A stretch of 63,357 nt of DNA, counting the filler, from Octopus bimaculoides (lineage: Eukaryota): the NCBI RefSeq assembly GCF_001194135.2. It is 5 parts of 5 records of this genome, joined end to end, with 100 filler letters (N's around TTAATTAATTAA, not from the genome) between each part and the next. Parts side by side here need not be neighbours in the genome. Positions count along the whole stretch, not along the records: positions 1 to 26,936 come from NC_068983.1; positions 27,037 to 51,893 come from NC_068985.1; 3 more parts are not named here. The stretch is one strand, 5' to 3'. Under the pieces are notes generated by a model, which saw nothing but the letters and a program-made list of their open reading frames with translations, searched no databases and was not told where the DNA came from. A program made the position numbers and the translations under genes. Numbering within the stretch: position 1 is the first letter of the stretch; the number at the start of each line of letters is the position of its first letter. Of the stretch, positions 24,700 to 38,539 are shown piece after piece.

Positions 24700-26290
24700 A
24701 AAATTAAAAGTTTGGTTAACAAACTTGAAATTCAAGAAATAAAATGGAAAATAGAAGACAGTGATAGTACTTCACCAGCAGATAACGTGCCTCGCGAGCA
24801 CAGGAACATGAATGGTGACAGTAACGACGTAGGTCATAGTGTAACTGTAAATGCAATGTCAGCAAATGAAGCAGACAAATTGGGAAGAGCTATAACACAA
24901 GAATACGATGCGATGACGATCAACAAAACATAGCAAGGATGATGTACCGATATATTAGTGAAGACCAGGCTCAAACACTCTCAACCCAATGTATGGTATA
25001 TTGGCTGACGCAAGCTCAAAGCTGAAACCGAAGGAATAGATTATGTCCTTTTACTATTCCAAACGGGAAATATAACTGAAACTAACACGATTATTTGTGC
25101 TGTAGTTATGGTTACTGTAGATAAGGTTGGGTACAAAAGAAGAGAACAACCAATGCGTAAAGAACTGCACTGGCATAGAGGAATTTGTCAGAAAGAAAGT
25201 AAGTTAATAAGACATTTAGAACAACTTCATAGATTGAAAGGGTGGAATTGCAGAAAGAACTGCATAAGAATTAGACTTGAACGAACAAACAGAACAATGG
25301 ATAATCGGTATGATGTGATATTGGAAGAGCTGAAACAAAACGTGAAAGTTACAAGGCAAAACTGGAAAGATATGCCAGAAGAACAAAACAATTCAGGCAG
25401 AACAGATTGTTTGAAGCCAGTCACAAAAACTGGTACATGAATTAGATGAACAATTACACGTGACAATGAGACCCGATGAAGACGTAGCTGGGTATTTTGG
25501 AGAGGAATCTCTGCAGAACATGTAAAGTATAATAAGATTTAGTGGCGGCATGAAATCCAACATAGATTGAGAAATATAGAAGATCATGACAATTTCTAAA
25601 TAACTACAGAAATGATAATATTGCAGGTAAGGAAAATCCCAAATCGGAAGAACCCAGGACTAGATGATTTCTTAGGTTATTTGACGAACAAGCTGATGGG
25701 GCTTCATGACAGGATAGTATAGCAGCTAGATGGGTTCTTGCAGGCATTGTTATGCGGATCCTGAAAAGGGTAATATTGAATCCAACTTTCGACCAATAAC
25801 GTGTCTTCCGCTAATGTGGAAGCTATCATCGGATGCATTGTAAGGTGAATTTTATAGGTACTTAGAAAGAGGACCGAAAGACGAGCTGGGGGCGAAGGAT
25901 CACCTGTTGATTGATAATCGTATTATCAAAAACTGCAAGACGAAACACACAAACCTGAGCGTGGCATGCAATGATTATCGTAAAGCATGCAATATGATAT
26001 CACACTGTTGGATAACAAGAACTAGTTAAATATATAGCGTGGCAGAAAACATGTGAAGCGTCATATAGAATAGTATAAGATGTTGGAGAACTGAATTGAC
26101 AGCATGGAACTAGGTATAAGGACAGGTAAAAATCAAGAGAGGAATCTTCCAGAGGAAAGCGCATTCCCATTGAGAATTTCTTCTGCGAAAGATCACCTTG
26201 AGTGGAATACTACAGAAAACACAGTTGGGATATGATATGGCTAGTAGTATGGGAAAACGGAATCACTTGCATAACTATGTAATAACCATA
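24700..26290 (+). mobile_element. Decayed Dong/R4-type LINE (pre-RT region plus RT)
   Basis: VILEELKQ (25108-25440); KIPN.KNPGLD; KGNIESNFRPITCLPLMWKL; HTNLSVA..DYRKA; VKIKRGIFQ; same family as 3300-5530. Confidence 0.8.
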
Positions 26291-26429
26291 TCTTCAGCTA
26301 ACAAAAACGTATGTAGCTACTTCAATTTTAGTCATATTTGTATGCGCGCGTACGCACACAAGCACAGACACACATACTCACACATACATACACACACCTT
26401 TGTCCAACCAGTCGCCATGATTAACCGGT

Positions 26430-26930
26430 AAACCCACAAGTTTTTTTTTGTTTACTTTATACTCCCTCTGTTTATTTCCTCACCTTCCTTTCTGTTGAAG
26501 AGCGTAGGCCCGAAACGTAAATGATGTTTCGCGCCTTCCCGAGCGTCAAGTTACGACACCTGCTTCTTGTTTATACACCAGTCTTCATCTCACCGAACAT
26601 GGTGTCTCCCTGAATTGCTTCTCGTTCATGTGGTGGTGTGGTGCGCAGAAATTTACAGGGCTGAAGCTCTCCGCCAATTTCAAGACACCTCCTTCTATTG
26701 CTCTCTGCCTTCAAACCCCACGCCTAGCTATCAACAGACTGTACTCCACAATTCACGACCTCACCTCCTCCTCCCGTCTCCCGCCCACCGCCTCCAACCT
26801 CATTGTCTGCAATCCTCACACTCCCACCATTTACGTTCTACCCCAAATCTACAAGCCCAATTACCCTGGCTACCCCATTATCTCCGCCTGTAACTGACCC
26901 ATGGAACTGATCTCATACATTTCAGCTATA
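26430..26930 (+). mobile_element. Penelope-like element fragment (pseudo-LTR with hammerhead motif followed by RT N-terminal part)
   Basis: PTIYVLPQIYKPNYPGYPIISACN*PMELISY matches the PLE RT motif PxIYxLPKIHKP..PGRPIVSxCxCPTELIS; truncated by gap at 26937. Confidence 0.85.
26489..26522 (+). ncRNA. Minimal hammerhead-like motif, variant core CUGUUGA
   Basis: TTT-CTGTTGA-A-GAGC(GTAG)GCCC-GAAACGTA-AAT. Confidence 0.55.
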
Positions 26931-26980
26931 TATATANNNNNNNNNNNNNNNNNNNNNNNNNNNNNNNNNNNNNNNNNNNN

Positions 26981-26992
26981 TTAATTAATTAA
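26981..26992. other. Artificial scaffold linker TTAATTAATTAA
   Basis: 44 N + 12-mer with stops in all six frames + 44 N = 100 bp. Confidence 0.95.
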
Positions 26993-27259
26993 NNNNNNNN
27001 NNNNNNNNNNNNNNNNNNNNNNNNNNNNNNNNNNNNAAATCCCCTCGCCCAAAATCCCCTCGCCCAAAATTTGGTAGAGTGAAACTGAAAGCCCGTCATA
27101 TATGTTTATTTTTGTGTATTCATGTATTTGTCCTCCTTCGTCGCTGAACATATATACATATATACATTCATCACAACATACACACCCAACAACACACAGC
27201 TGGTCATATTCCAAACATATTGCAAGAACACTCAACACAATACAAACATACACACACAC

Positions 27260-27297
<38 letters not shown>

Positions 27298-28380
27298 ATA
27301 CACAGGTGGACATAAAACCCATTCAATAAATTCTTTTAAACCACTCCCTTGGAACCTACAATGATTATTTTTAGACAATAGACAACCACACACCCTCTCT
27401 TTCTCTCTAACATCTTGAACTTTATACCAAGGTATATTTAAAGAAGACTTCAACGAAAAAATCTCCAGACAAGTTTTTGACCCCCAGACAGAAGATAAAC
27501 TGTTTTTACTAATATTTGACTAGATGGAATTCACCAACGAAACCGGTAATAGTCTATATTTTCTTTATTTAATTTTTAAATCACTTTATTAAATTCTTTC
27601 TAAATAGAAATAGCTTAGATTTACTACTATGCTATTTCCACTTCCATCTTATATATATATATATATATATATACATACATATATGTCTTTGTATGTGCGG
27701 GCGTGTATGTGTGTGTGTATGTACATGCACACGCACACACACGCACACATACATGCACACATACACGCACACATATATTTGATATATTTGGTATATGTAA
27801 TATATGTTCATATTTGCCTTGATATATGCATGATAGAAGTATATTTTGAAATATTCTAACACTTTCAGCCATTATTGTATTTCATTCAATTATTTCTGTA
27901 AAGATGAATTCATTATATTATTTCTCTAAATATACAAACCTATATATTTATGGGTGGATTTTCCGGCAGTTTAACACTAAATTATTATCACTATTATCGT
28001 GCTGCCGTTGGAGTCTTGAAATATTCTACCAACCAATTAAATTATAGTTTTCAATGGCTATAAGTTAATTATTGATTAACGCACAACATGTGCCATGTAT
28101 GTCTAACATGAAATTGCTATTCATCGCATAACAGTAAAGTCCTAATGGTCAACGACATTAGACAAACGCTGAACTATAAGTGCCAAACTCCAACTGTGTA
28201 GATTTAACTTTCCAGCTTCGAATTATATTTGATTCCCTTCCGTTATATTCACGCTGGTGATATTCATGAAGAATACCACATAATAGCAGTCGCTTCTGTC
28301 GATGTATAGAGTTAGTGTGAACGTCTCTGATATTGAAACTTATTAGAAAAGCAATCTGTTTTACTTTCTTCGCTGTTAAA

Positions 28381-28601
28381 TTAACCCTTTAGCATTCAAA
28401 CGAGCCATATGCGGACCAAGTATTCAAATCGTTTTATATTCAAACTAGCCAGTCCAGCCTCTCACATCTATCCTACAGGGTCATCGTAAATGTAAACAAC
28501 CACATCATCGAAGTCTCGAAGTTACAAAATAATGCGTGATTAATTCAAAGCATTTATTAAAAAGCGCTACAATTGACAGAATGTGAATGCTAAAGTGTTA
28601 A
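28381..28601. mobile_element. TTAA-flanked MITE (piggyBac-like ends)
   Basis: TTAACCCTTTAGCATTCA ... TGAATGCTAAAGTGTTAA terminal inverted repeat. Confidence 0.7.
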
Positions 28602-28825
28602 GGTAAGTCACCAACGTCACAACGGCTCGTTTTCTCATATCTATAAGTACGTATAACAAACACAACAGAGTAGCGTGCCAAAGTCTCTGTAGTAATAATT
28701 CGTTGCTACCCAGGGTTATATACACGTCACTAAAATTATCTAGTTCGCCTAACACTGAGTAGCGTATGTCAACTATAGCAGTAGCACGTGATCAACATGT
28801 GATTTGTTAACTTCTAATGCTGAGC

Positions 28826-29213
28826 TGTGGAGGCGCAATGGCCCAGTGGTTAGGGCAGTGGACACGTGGTCATAGGATCGCAGTTTCGATTCCCAGACCG
28901 AGCGTTGTGAGTGTTTATTGAGCGAAAACACCTAAAGTTCCACGAGGCTCCGGCAGGGGACGGTGGCAAACCCTGCTGTACTCTTCCACCACAACTTTCT
29001 CTCACTCTTACTTCCTGTTTCTGTTGTGCCTGTAATTCAAAGGGTTAGCCTTGTCACACTGTGTCACGCTGAATATCCCCGAGAACTACATTAAGGGTAC
29101 ACGTGTCTGTGGAGTGCTCAGCCACTTGCACGTTAATTTCACGAGCAGGCTGTTCCGTTGATCGGATCAACTGGAACCCTCGACGTCGTAACCGACGGAG
29201 TGCCAACAACAAC
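28826..29213 (+). mobile_element. Full-length tRNA-derived SINE (head A + tail X) with 10-bp TSD
   Basis: A box TGGCCCAGTGG, B box GTTTCGATTCC, (AAC)n end; TSD AATGCTGAGC at 28816-28825 and 29214-29223. Confidence 0.9.
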
Positions 29214-29959
29214 AATGCTGAGCCAATTCCTCCAGATGGAAATTGGAGGAATAATGGCTTTGAGAGGAATAATTTTTACCCGGATGGCTTTCTCAAGGTA
29301 GAATTGTATTATACTATTCCAATGACAAAACGAGTTTGAAGACACACCATCAAATATTTCATACATTGCTTCCAAACAAAACAAATTAATGATTTATGTC
29401 CACTAGACTACACTGCTGTTTATTCGAATGATATTTTTCGTTCTCTCCTATATCTTAATAATCTTGTTATTGAGCCGAGGAAAGTACTATATAATGGAAT
29501 ACTGTTAAAGAAAAGGCAGATCTTCCAATTGCATTTAAGTCAGATCATTACACATAAGATACTCTGCTAAAGCCTTTTAAAATCCATTTTTGCTACTGGT
29601 TTACCTTCGTTTTTTTCTTTCTCTCTTAGTAGAATTTTATAGACGTCCACTTAGGTCCAGAAGCTCTCATTCTTCATAGGCAACGGCAATTGCATTGCAT
29701 TACATTCTTGCCTCTCTCAGGTGGAATCGACTTGGTATCTGATCTTTTGCTTCTGTACACTCACCTCTGTAAAAGCAATATTGGCAAGAATCTACTGGAT
29801 AGTCTATTGGTATTTTGATTATCACTATCAGATATAATATCATTTTCCCTTTAGCGCTAAATCTAACTTCAAACAACAGAATACTCATTGCAAATATTAG
29901 ATCAAGAAATATTTTCATATAGCACAAAGAAACTAAATTTTCACATGTATGTATAGAAA

Positions 29960-30278
29960 GCCAGCGTTAGTCATGGCTGTGTGGTAAGAAGTTTGCTTCC
30001 AAACGACATGATGCTTGGTTCAGTTCAACTGCGTGGCACCTTGGACAAATGTCTTCTACTATAGCCTCGGGTCGATCAAAGCCTTGTATGTGTGTGTGTG
30101 TGTGTGTGTTCCATCACCATCGTTTCACAACCATTATTGGTGTGTTTACGTCTCCACAACGTAGGGGTTCCGCAAAAGAGACCGAAAAATAAGTACTGGG
30201 GTTGTTTTATTCGACAAAAAATTCTTCAAGGCGGTGCAACAGCATAGCTGCAGTTTAATAACTTAAACAAGCAACAGA
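29960..30278 (+). mobile_element. tRNA-derived SINE (family S3) with internal (GT)n
   Basis: CATGGCTGTGTGGTAAGAAG..GGTTCAGT..CTGCGTGGCACCTTGGACAAATGTCTTCTACTATAGCCTCGGG..CAAAGCCTTGT; related pieces at 52198 and 62050. Confidence 0.75.
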
Positions 30279-30284
30279 AATGAA

Positions 30285-30391
<107 letters not shown>

Positions 30392-31152
30392 TACACACAC
30401 ATTATACATATATGTGTTTGTTTGTATGTGAGTGTGTAATGGCGTTCAGTCTTCGCAAGAAATGGATTCATTCTCTAATTGATATTGCTATTACTATATC
30501 ACAGTTCCGATTATAGAATCGGGATATTTACAGGTGATATATAATTGCATAGGATACGGAAAAAAATTATGTACATATTTTTAGCAGTGTAATCAAACCG
30601 TATATAACAATATCAGGTTACAGAAAATAAACGCCATGGTGTTTGTTTTAATGCGTAGAACTACTAAACGTTTCAATATTGAAATAAATCAGCGCGCGGT
30701 TATTTTCCTTTATTTTATTGTCAACAAATGCTATAAAACCGCACTATTACTATGGACGTTGCGATTTACTGGAGCAAGGCTGAATCAGCAGAAATACAGA
30801 ACATGATTTTATTTTTTTAATATGTCTAGTCACCTCTCCAGTACATTAAAGCACTTTTCTCATTTGCCTGTTTTCTGTGATAATGCATGTATGCTTTTAT
30901 GTCTGGATATTAGAATAACTTGCAAACTGAACAAATAAAAACAGTCACCTGTGCAAATTATTGATTTTTCACGTCCCGAGATACTATTAAGAGAACAATG
31001 GATTCAGTCCTTGGCTAGCAAATGGCATTAATAATTTAGAAAAAAGAATATTGAACAATTTGTTTGGTTTACATGTATGAATAATTGAATAAACTCTAAG
31101 ATATTTCAAGTCCGATATTAAAAGAGAGAATGAGAAAGACAACAAGGGGAAA

Positions 31153-31245
31153 AGAAGAAGAAGAAGAAGAAGAAGAAGAAGAAGAAGAAGAAGAAGAAGA
31201 AGAAGAAGAAGAAGAAGAAGAAGAAGAAGAAGAAGAAGAAGAAGA
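31153..31245. repeat. (GAA)n microsatellite running into a gap
   Basis: Direct reading. Confidence 0.95.
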
Positions 31246-31420
31246 NNNNNNNNNNNNNNNNNNNNNNNNNNNNNNNNNNNNNNNNNNNNNNNNNNNNNNN
31301 NNNNNNNNNNNNNNNNNNNNNNNNNNNNNNNNNNNNNNNNNNNNNNNNNNNNNNNNNNNNNNNNNNNNNNNNNNNNNNNNNNNNNNNNNNNNNNNNNNNN
31401 NNNNNNNNNNNNNNNNNNNN

Positions 31421-31455
<35 letters not shown>

Positions 31456-31549
31456 CACATATATGTATGTAGATATACATCTTCATTATACAATATATGT
31501 ATACGCACACACACATATATCTTTATATATATATATATATGCACATACA

Positions 31550-31581
<32 letters not shown>

Positions 31582-32141
31582 CATAAATGTGTGCGTGTGC
31601 ACACGTCCTTGTGTATGTATGTATATGTATATATATATATATATATTAAAGCTTGTCGGATCTACCTGTCATTTATAACTACTCTTTATTTTTACTTCAT
31701 TTTCTGTTCATCTTTATTGACTTTCTTGTCAGGCATAGAATAACTATGGCTCTGATGTCACTTTGACCTTCAAGATATAATGAACAAATCTGTTGCCGCC
31801 ATTTTGATTCGTTTTCCTGCTGCATAAACAGCTGCGATACTTGAAATATCTTGTAGAAAGCTGCATTGTTACAATTCGTTTCAAAACAGCACAATGCAAT
31901 GCAGAATGATGAGGTTTATAATAAAATAACTAATCCCATATTTCAAGCATATTGTTGATGTTCTACTTAGGGTCAGGCTGATTAGTTTCTTTCAGAATAT
32001 TTATAGTCTTTGGACAGCTGTGAAATTTTACTGACAATATAGAACGAAGTAAGTGTAAGACATTTAGAACAGTGCTGAAAAATGTCAGCAAAATCCCCAA
32101 CCGTTATATATTTATATGTGTGTATGTGTGTGTGTGTGTGT

Positions 32142-32465
32142 GTGTGGAGGCGCAGTGACCCAGTGGTTGGGGCAGCGGACTCGCGGTCGGAGGATCGCGG
32201 TTTCGATTGCCAGACCGGGCGTTGTGTGTGTTTATTGAGCGAAAACACCTAAAGATCCACGAGGCTTCGGCAGGGGGGTGGGGAGTGGTGACCCCTGTTG
32301 TACTCTTTCGCTTCAACTTTCTTTCACACTCTCTTCCTGTTTCTTGAGTAACGCTGCGATGGACTGGCGTCCCGTCCAGCTGGGGGAGAACACATACGCC
32401 ATAGAAACCGAGAAACCGGGCCCATGAACCTGACTAGGCTTTAAAAGGCCGAAATAAATAAATAA
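32142..32465 (+). mobile_element. tRNA-derived SINE (head A + V-domain-like tail Y)
   Basis: First ~200 bp match 28826-29021; then CTGCGATGGACTGGCGTCCCGTCCAG (32354-32379, V-SINE-domain-like) and an (ATAA)n end. Confidence 0.8.
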
Positions 32466-32789
32466 AATATATATTTATTTATTTTTATTTNNNNNNNNNN
32501 NNNNNNNNNNNNNNNNNNNNNNNNNNNNNNNNNNNNNNNNNNNNNNNNNNNNNNNNNNNNNNNNNNNNNNNNNNNNNNNNNNNNNNNNNNNNNNNNNNNN
32601 NNNNNNNNNNNNNNNNNNNNNNNNNNNNNNNNNNNNNNNNNNNNNNNNNNNNNNNNNNNNNNNNNNNNNNNNNNNNNNNNNNNNNNNNNNNNNNNNNNNN
32701 NNNNNNNNNNNNNNNNNNNNNNNNNNNNNNNNNNNNNNNNNNNNNNNNNNNNNNNNNNNNNNNNNNNNNNNNNNNNNNNNNNNNNNNNN

Positions 32790-32793
32790 TATA

Positions 32794-32829
<36 letters not shown>

Positions 32830-32888
32830 TATTATTATTATTAGTAGTAGTAGTAGTAGTAGTATTAATATTATTATTATTATTATTA

Positions 32889-32977
<89 letters not shown>
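32790..32977. repeat. (TTA)n/(TAG)n compound microsatellite
   Basis: Direct reading. Confidence 0.95.
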
Positions 32978-32979
<2 letters not shown>

Positions 32980-33040
32980 TAACAAATAATGATATTAGTG
33001 GCCGCAAGCATAAAAACCGTGTAGGCAAATTAATAAATAT

Positions 33041-33506
33041 ATATAAAAATATATATAATTTGGGTACTAAGAAATACCAGCTTTGCTAAAAATAGGAGTC
33101 AGAAAAACCTAGAAGCCACATTAGTTAGCATTAAATTTGTACACGCATGGTAGAGAAAAAAACTAAGTGAATAAGAATTGTATCCTACCTCGGCAAGATT
33201 GTATGAAGGAATGGCGGTTAACATGATTTCGAATTTAGCGCCAAAAGACACTTGATTCTCTTCAGCCAGATCTACTCGTTACAATACTGGTAATTCACTT
33301 CACAATGCTTGCGTTTGTTTGAGGGCCCCAGCTGCCATTCCTTTTGCAATCTAGCAGAAAATACAATTCTTATTCACTTAGATTTTTTTTTCCACCATGC
33401 CTCTAAAACTTTAGTGATTTATTCCTGTGGCTTCGCAGTTTTTATGAATCCTATTTTTAGCAAAGCTGGTGCTTCTTAGTACCCAAATTATATATATTTT
33501 TTATAT
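33041..33506. mobile_element. Foldback MITE-like element with ~145-bp inverted arms
   Basis: 33041-33183 pairs with 33361-33506 (e.g. TATATAATTTGGGTACTAAGAA/TTCTTAGTACCCAAATTATATA; CTAAGTGAATAAGAATTGTAT/ATACAATTCTTATTCACTTAG). Confidence 0.75.
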
Positions 33507-33636
33507 GCATTTACTTTATTGTAAATCTTTAAAAATAACGAACAAACACACTTAAAAACAACACCACGAGGACGTGGTACATGTAAAGTATTATATATAT
33601 ATATATCTTCATATTCATGACTTTTCTACAATAGAT

Positions 33637-33780
33637 ACAAGGCCTTAAATTTTGAGGGGAGGGCGCTGGTTGATAAAATGTACACCAGTGCTCAATCGGT
33701 ACTTATTTCATCACCCGGAAAGGATGGGAGGCAAAATGAATCGCAGTGGAATTTGAACTCAGAACGTAAAAACGAAACAC
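33637..33780 (-). mobile_element. SINE S2 fragment
   Basis: Reverse complement carries GTTCTGAGTTCAAATTCC..TTTCCGGG..GAAATAAGTACC..AGCACTGG. Confidence 0.6.
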
Positions 33781-33825
33781 ACTTACTCTCACTCTTTTTT
33801 CATTCTTTCTTTGTTTCCCTCTCTT

Positions 33826-33860
<35 letters not shown>

Positions 33861-34253
33861 AACACTCTTTTTCTCTCTCAACAACATTGTATGGTAGCTA
33901 GTTAATAATTTAACATCTCTTTTCAATGACACTAGGATAGTGGGCCCCACACTATTCCAGAATGTATTAGCGGTGTATTTGCAAAAAAAAAAAAAAAAAA
34001 AGCGAAATCTTTAAACCAAAACAATGTTTCAAACATTTCTTACTCGGAAGTTAATTTCCTGCGGTGTTAATCATTTCTACATTAGAGACTTCCTTTTTTC
34101 ATACTTATATTGAAACAGGACTCGTTATCTGCAAAAGAAATATAACACATAAGCGAAGAAACCTATGCATCAGGTTTATTATTTATTTTAGTTAATCTTT
34201 GAGAAACAATAAAAGTAAAATTGGCCCTATCCTGTCAGGGTTTGAACTCAAAC

Positions 34254-34643
34254 GTTTGTTGTTGGCACTCTGTCGGTTACGACGATGAGTGTTCCAGTTG
34301 ATCCGATGGACTGAACAGCCTGCTCGTGAAATTAACGTGCAAGTGGCTGAGCACTCCACAGACACGTGTACTTTTAACGTAGTTCTCTGGGAGATTCAGC
34401 GTGACACAGAGTGGTAACAAGACTGGTCCTTTTAAAATACAGGTACAATAGAAAAAGGAAGAAAGAGTGAGAGAAAGTTGTGGTGAAAGAGTACAGCAGG
34501 GTTCACCACCACCCACTGCCAGAGCCTCAGAGCTTTAGGTGTTTTCGCTCAATAAACACTCACAACGCCTGGTCTAGGAATTGAAACCGCGATCCTAAGA
34601 CCGCGAGTTCGTTGCCCTAACCACTGAGCCATTGCGCCTCTAC
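34254..34643 (-). mobile_element. Full-length tRNA-derived SINE (head A + tail X) with 10-bp TSD
   Basis: Reverse complement of the 28826 family; TSD GAACTCAAAC at 34244-34253 and 34644-34653. Confidence 0.9.
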
Positions 34644-35035
34644 GAACTCAAACATAGATAGATGTAATTCAATACGATAAGATACGTATTCTGGAGCATT
34701 GATGGTTCTAAGACTCACTATACCCAAATGATGATTCTTTTATTTATAGTGGTACTGGTTTCATGAAATAAACTGTGTTCATTTTGAAACACCTGCTTGG
34801 AAGATTATTGCTCGTTTATGCTGGTCCAGGTCTTTGCTCAGCACTTATTCTATCGATTTTGTATGGAATAAAAGACAGCGTGTAAAGAAACACAGTACAG
34901 CCAGAATGACCGCTTAGCATTCTAGCTTCATGCACAGATTTTATTCATCGCATGACAATAAATACATATGTGTTCGTATACGTCGATGAATGCTTATACA
35001 CATACATACGTACAACAAATATATATGTGTGTGTG

Positions 35036-35088
<53 letters not shown>

Positions 35089-36446
35089 NNNNNNNNNNNN
35101 NNNNNNNNNNNNNNNNNNNNNNNNNNNNNNNNNNNNNNNNNNNNNNNNNNNNNNNNNNNNNNNNNNNNNNNNNNNNNNNNNNNNNNNNNNNNNNNNNNNN
35201 NNNNNNNNNNNNNNNNNNNNNNNNNNNNNNNNNNNNNNNNNNNNNNNNNNNNNNNNNNNNNNNNNNNNNNNNNNNNNNNNNNNNNNNNNNNNNNNNNNNN
35301 NNNNNNNNNNNNNNNNNNNNNNNNNNNNNNNNNNNNNNNNNNNNNNNNNNNNNNNNNNNNNNNNNNNNNNNNNNNNNNNNNNNNNNNNNNNNNNNNNNNN
35401 NNNNNNNNNNNNNNNNNNNNNNNNNNNNNNNNNNNNNNNNNNNNNNNNNNNNNNNNNNNNNNNNNNNNNNNNNNNNNNNNNNNNNNNNNNNNNNNNNNNN
35501 NNNNNNNNNNNNNNNNNNNNNNNNNNNNNNNNNNNNNNNNNNNNNNNNNNNNNNNNNNNNNNNNNNNNNNNNNNNNNNNNNNNNNNNNNNNNNNNNNNNN
35601 NNNNNNNNNNNNNNNNNNNNNNNNNNNNNNNNNNNNNNNNNNNNNNNNNNNNNNNNNNNNNNNNNNNNNNNNNNNNNNNNNNNNNNNNNNNNNNNNNNNN
35701 NNNNNNNNNNNNNNNNNNNNNNNNNNNNNNNNNNNNNNNNNNNNNNNNNNNNNNNNNNNNNNNNNNNNNNNNNNNNNNNNNNNNNNNNNNNNNNNNNNNN
35801 NNNNNNNNNNNNNCTTCCGATCTGGCCTAATAGAATTCATTGATGACAAAGCACTACATAGGTGGATCGAAACTGGGCCCTGGTTTCCCATATCATTGGG
35901 CCTCATGTACCAATGCCATAAGGTGGCACTGCCTGAGGACAAACTAGAAATGCAGTGAGATCGAAAACGAGGCCATGTGCATATAAAATGTACGCCTTAG
36001 CAACACGACTACGCTTACGCCATAAACGTATTCATTAAACGATATCTCATTCATGTATTGTATGACAGGACTGTTCTACTCCGAGGTCATATGTTACTGA
36101 AACTAGCAATATAGCTAGTGCAAATAGATATAAATATCGATCTATTTAACAACAATATCTTTATGCCTTATAGAAAAGAATGACATACATTCATGAGAAA
36201 ACAAAATCTAGAAAATAATGATCTATTCAAAGAGCAATAACTGTTTAGTTAATAGAATAAATGAATTGTCTCATGCTGTGTTATATTGACTGTCTGTCTC
36301 GTGTTTTACTAGAACATAAATTATCTATTAGATTTTATATCAGATTAGACAATCCTTATAAATATTAAACTATATTTATCATTTCAATATATACACGTTT
36401 ACACATTTTCTCATATCCTCCGACATATATATATATACATATGTAC

Positions 36447-36486
<40 letters not shown>

Positions 36487-36572
36487 TATACACAAACATT
36501 CACACACATAGGAATCTTTGTATGCTTTAGAACTTTTCTGGAAGTCAGTAAATATACACACGCATATGTATG

Positions 36573-36645
<73 letters not shown>

Positions 36646-37394
36646 CATATGAGTATATGTGTACGTGTATATATAAACAAAGTTAAATTTATGCCTATGG
36701 ACATCGATACGTATAGATTTAAAGATATATTTTTATACATATGTATGTACGTACGTAAGTATACGCATACGTGTACACACAAATACACACACGTGTTAAA
36801 ATCTATAGATATCGATGTCTATGGAGCTAAAATTAACTCAATTTCCTTTAAACTCACCTCCCTCCTTTCAATGCTTCTGTAACACCCTAAACGTAAAGAC
36901 GCAAATACACAAATGCTTCCCGCAAACTTCCTTTCATTTTGTTGCTTTCGTCTTTCTTTTGAACATCTTTTATTACATTTTCTCCCACCCTTAAATCTCT
37001 CATCATTTTTAATTCCAAAATGCCACATCTACCAAAAAATCTTTTCAATTATTCTAAAAATAAATGCTTTCTACGTTCATTTAAGTACGTCAGCTGTTCA
37101 CACAGGGACACACATACACATTCACAAATTCATATATTTCCAAGAAAATAACATGGTCTTAACCATGAGAACTCGCACAAGCCTAAACACACACACACAC
37201 ACATATACTCACCACTACCACTGTCACCATCACCACCATTTCTACCACAACTACCACCACTACGCACACACTGTATATGTTTGTGTGTTGTTGCGAATGT
37301 GCATGTGAGTATAAGCTTGACCACCAAATGATTAAGAATTCTGCTTCGCGATCCGTAACATTTGCGTATCTTAACGGTAATTCAAAGGGCCATG

Positions 37395-37560
37395 AGAGAA
37401 TTTACGAAAATAACAACAGACGAAGACAGGTGGTGTAAACAACAAATGGATGTATTAGTTTAACGCTCGGGAATAGAGAAAGTTTTTGACGTTTCGAGCC
37501 TACGCTCTTCAACTGAAAGGAACACAGAAAGAAATAAGGAGAGAAACAAGGAGAGAAAAA
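37395..37560 (-). mobile_element. Solo Penelope-like pseudo-LTR with hammerhead motif
   Basis: Shares GAAGAGCGTAGGC.CGAAACGT and TTCCCGAGCGT.AA..TTGTTTA.ACCA..GTCTTC.TCT with 26490-26590. Confidence 0.7.
37485..37518 (-). ncRNA. Minimal hammerhead-like motif, degenerate core CAGUUGA
   Basis: TTT-CAGTTGA-A-GAGC(GTAG)GCTC-GAAACGTC-AAA, perfect helix II and GUC triplet. Confidence 0.55.
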
Positions 37561-38539
37561 ATATAGATGTAGTGGTCAGCGATTGATTAGATATTTTGTG
37601 GCATTGACTGAGCCTGAGGATTACGTTAAGGATATAAATATCTGTAGAATGCTCAACCGCTTACTATATAATACAATGAGATGTTAGTTTCTGTCGATCA
37701 CAACTAGATATTCATCGTCGAAAGTGACGGAGAAACTACTTTTATTTGTGTATATGCTTGTGAGTACGTGTGTGTCTACGTGTATTTGAATGATGTTAGC
37801 AATATTTGCAACTTTACAAGATCTATGCACTATTTTCTTTTCCTTTTTTATTATTTTTTCAAATGGAAGCTCTCCTTGTCAAATTTCCTTGTCAAGGGAA
37901 TCGTCACGTTGTAAGCATGTAACTACCGGATATCAAACTTCCATCAATTTTTACTAGCCAATATCGTTTTTTTATTGAGTATAACGAAAATAAAAATACG
38001 TAAATAGATACTGCATTATGTGTGTGTCTGTATAGCTGTGCGCTTTTTGTGCATGCATGTATGTATATATNNNNNNNNNNNNNNNNNNNNNNNNNNNNNN
38101 NNNNNNNNNNNNNNNNNNNNNNNNNNNNNNNNNNNNNNNNNNNNNNNNNNNNATATATATATATATATATATACACGTGTGTGTGTACATATATGTATAT
38201 ATGCATGTGTATGAGTGTGTTTGTGTATTGTATGTTTGTATGTATATATATATGTGTATGTATGAATGTATGTGTGTATTATGTACGTATATGTCTGTAT
38301 GTATGAATGAATGAATGTATGTGTGCGTGTTTGTATTATGTACGTATGTTTGTATTTATATATGTATCCAACAATTTTCACACAAATTAAATAAACGATA
38401 TTTGAAAATATGTGAGAAATTCTGATATAACAAAAATTCATTTTCTGTGTTTTTATGTAACATAAAATTGCATAAATTATAAACTTCCTACGAACAAATT
38501 TCATAAATAACGGAGTCAATCTATGTATTCACCATCACT

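Noticed and set aside
29765-29803. Minus-strand 39-nt segment (DYPVDSCQYCFYRG) ending in AG|GTGAGT
   Set aside because: Good donor but acceptor lacks a pyrimidine tract and no homology recognised.
35814-35958. Open frame FRSGLIEFIDDKALHRWIETGPWFP after a gap
   Set aside because: Short, truncated by the gap, no recognisable family.
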